This document shows positions 24,771 to 25,218 of a DNA stretch of 25,218 nucleotides, one piece after another. The stretch comes from a virus (Duplodnaviria > Caudoviricetes), in the IMG/VR virus record IMGVR_UViG_3300011337_000731, positions 1 to 25,218 of that record. One strand, 5' to 3'. The notes beneath the pieces are model-generated. The model did not search any database. It saw only the letters and a program-made list of their open reading frames with translations, and had not been told where the DNA came from. A program made the translations under genes and the position numbers. Within the stretch, counting starts at the first letter, position 1. Each line of letters begins with the position of its first letter.

Positions 24771-24880
24771 CGACCACCCCCGATGGACTGGTCAAACGCC
24801 GCGCCCGCGATCACGAGCCCGCCTCCGACGAGGAGGAGGACCCAGGTGGCAGCCTGCAGAATGTCGAGGATGATGGGCAT
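24767..24880 (-). CDS. 37-aa single-pass membrane microprotein (not in ORF track)
   Basis: Hand translation MPIILDILQAATWVLLLVGGGLVIAGAAFDQSIGGGR*; AGGAGG 4 nt upstream of the ATG; stop overlaps the next start (ATGA); fills the gap between two genes. Confidence 0.8.
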   Translation of the reverse strand: MPIILDILQAATWVLLLVGGGLVIAGAAFDQSIGGGR

Positions 24881-24888
24881 GGGTCCTC

Positions 24889-25218
24889 CTACTCCGGCTC
24901 AGCGGAGTCGTAGATGGTGTAGCTCACATCAGCGTCGTGCTCGACGTACTCGCCGCGGCCGGGCCACTCACCCGAGGCGGTGCAGTCCGCGACGAGCCGC
25001 AGCCACCGCGACAGCTCAGCCTGCGCCGCGGCCATGGTGCGGGCACCCCACTCGATGACAGTGACGTCGTGCGGCGCGCTCTGCTCGGCGATGATCGACA
25101 GCCAGAACACCTGCACTTGGTCAGCCGGCACGCCGAAGTCGCGCTCGATCTCGATCAGGGCGCCGCGCGTGTAGTGGGCGAGCTGCTCGTACCACCCGTT
25201 CTGCCGGGCGTGGCGGGC
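24889..25218 (-). CDS. PD-(D/E)XK exonuclease, RecE/exonuclease VIII-like, C-terminal part (5' truncated)
   Basis: Frame open to the window edge: GWYEQLAHYTRG...IIAEQSAPHDVTV...DCTASGEWPG matches the YxxQxAxY, ExxxP and CxxxGxWPG motifs of this family. Confidence 0.8.
   Translation of the reverse strand, partial: ARHARQNGWYEQLAHYTRGALIEIERDFGVPADQVQVFWLSIIAEQSAPHDVTVIEWGARTMAAAQAELSRWLRLVADCTASGEWPGRGEYVEHDADVSYTIYDSAEPE

Noticed and set aside
1-25218. CRISPR array, tRNA/rRNA, integrase/att site, intron/intein, stop-codon reassignment
   Set aside because: No spaced repeats, cloverleafs or interrupted genes were seen. Genes tile cleanly under the standard code with TGA, TAG and TAA all used as stops.

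Overview
High-GC (roughly 70% by eye) tailed-phage DNA (Caudoviricetes), free phage or prophage; no host genes, integrase or att site are visible. The + strand (1-24168) is one tightly coupled late/virion operon: terminase large subunit (5' truncated), portal, FmdB-like zinc-ribbon protein, an acidic unknown, scaffold, major capsid protein, capsid decoration protein, head-tail adaptor, tail nozzle, three related short tail proteins, three internal-virion/ejection-type proteins (220, 731, 2182 aa), candidate receptor-binding proteins, a holin-like protein, a DUF6321-like basic protein, an M15 peptidase endolysin and a small beta-rich protein. No tape measure, tail tube, sheath or maturation protease is recognisable, so the layout is podovirus-like (P22/T7 style). 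Converging on the - strand (24372-25218) are a RecE/exonuclease VIII-like PD-(D/E)XK nuclease (truncated), a 37-aa membrane microprotein missed by the ORF track, and a MazG-like protein. The most striking non-coding signal is the 146-nt leader of the capsid gene, which can fold by hand into two mutually exclusive structures (RBS free vs RBS sequestered) and carries two GGACACGCC bulged hairpins. All product calls come from motif recognition and gene order; no searches or folding computations were run.
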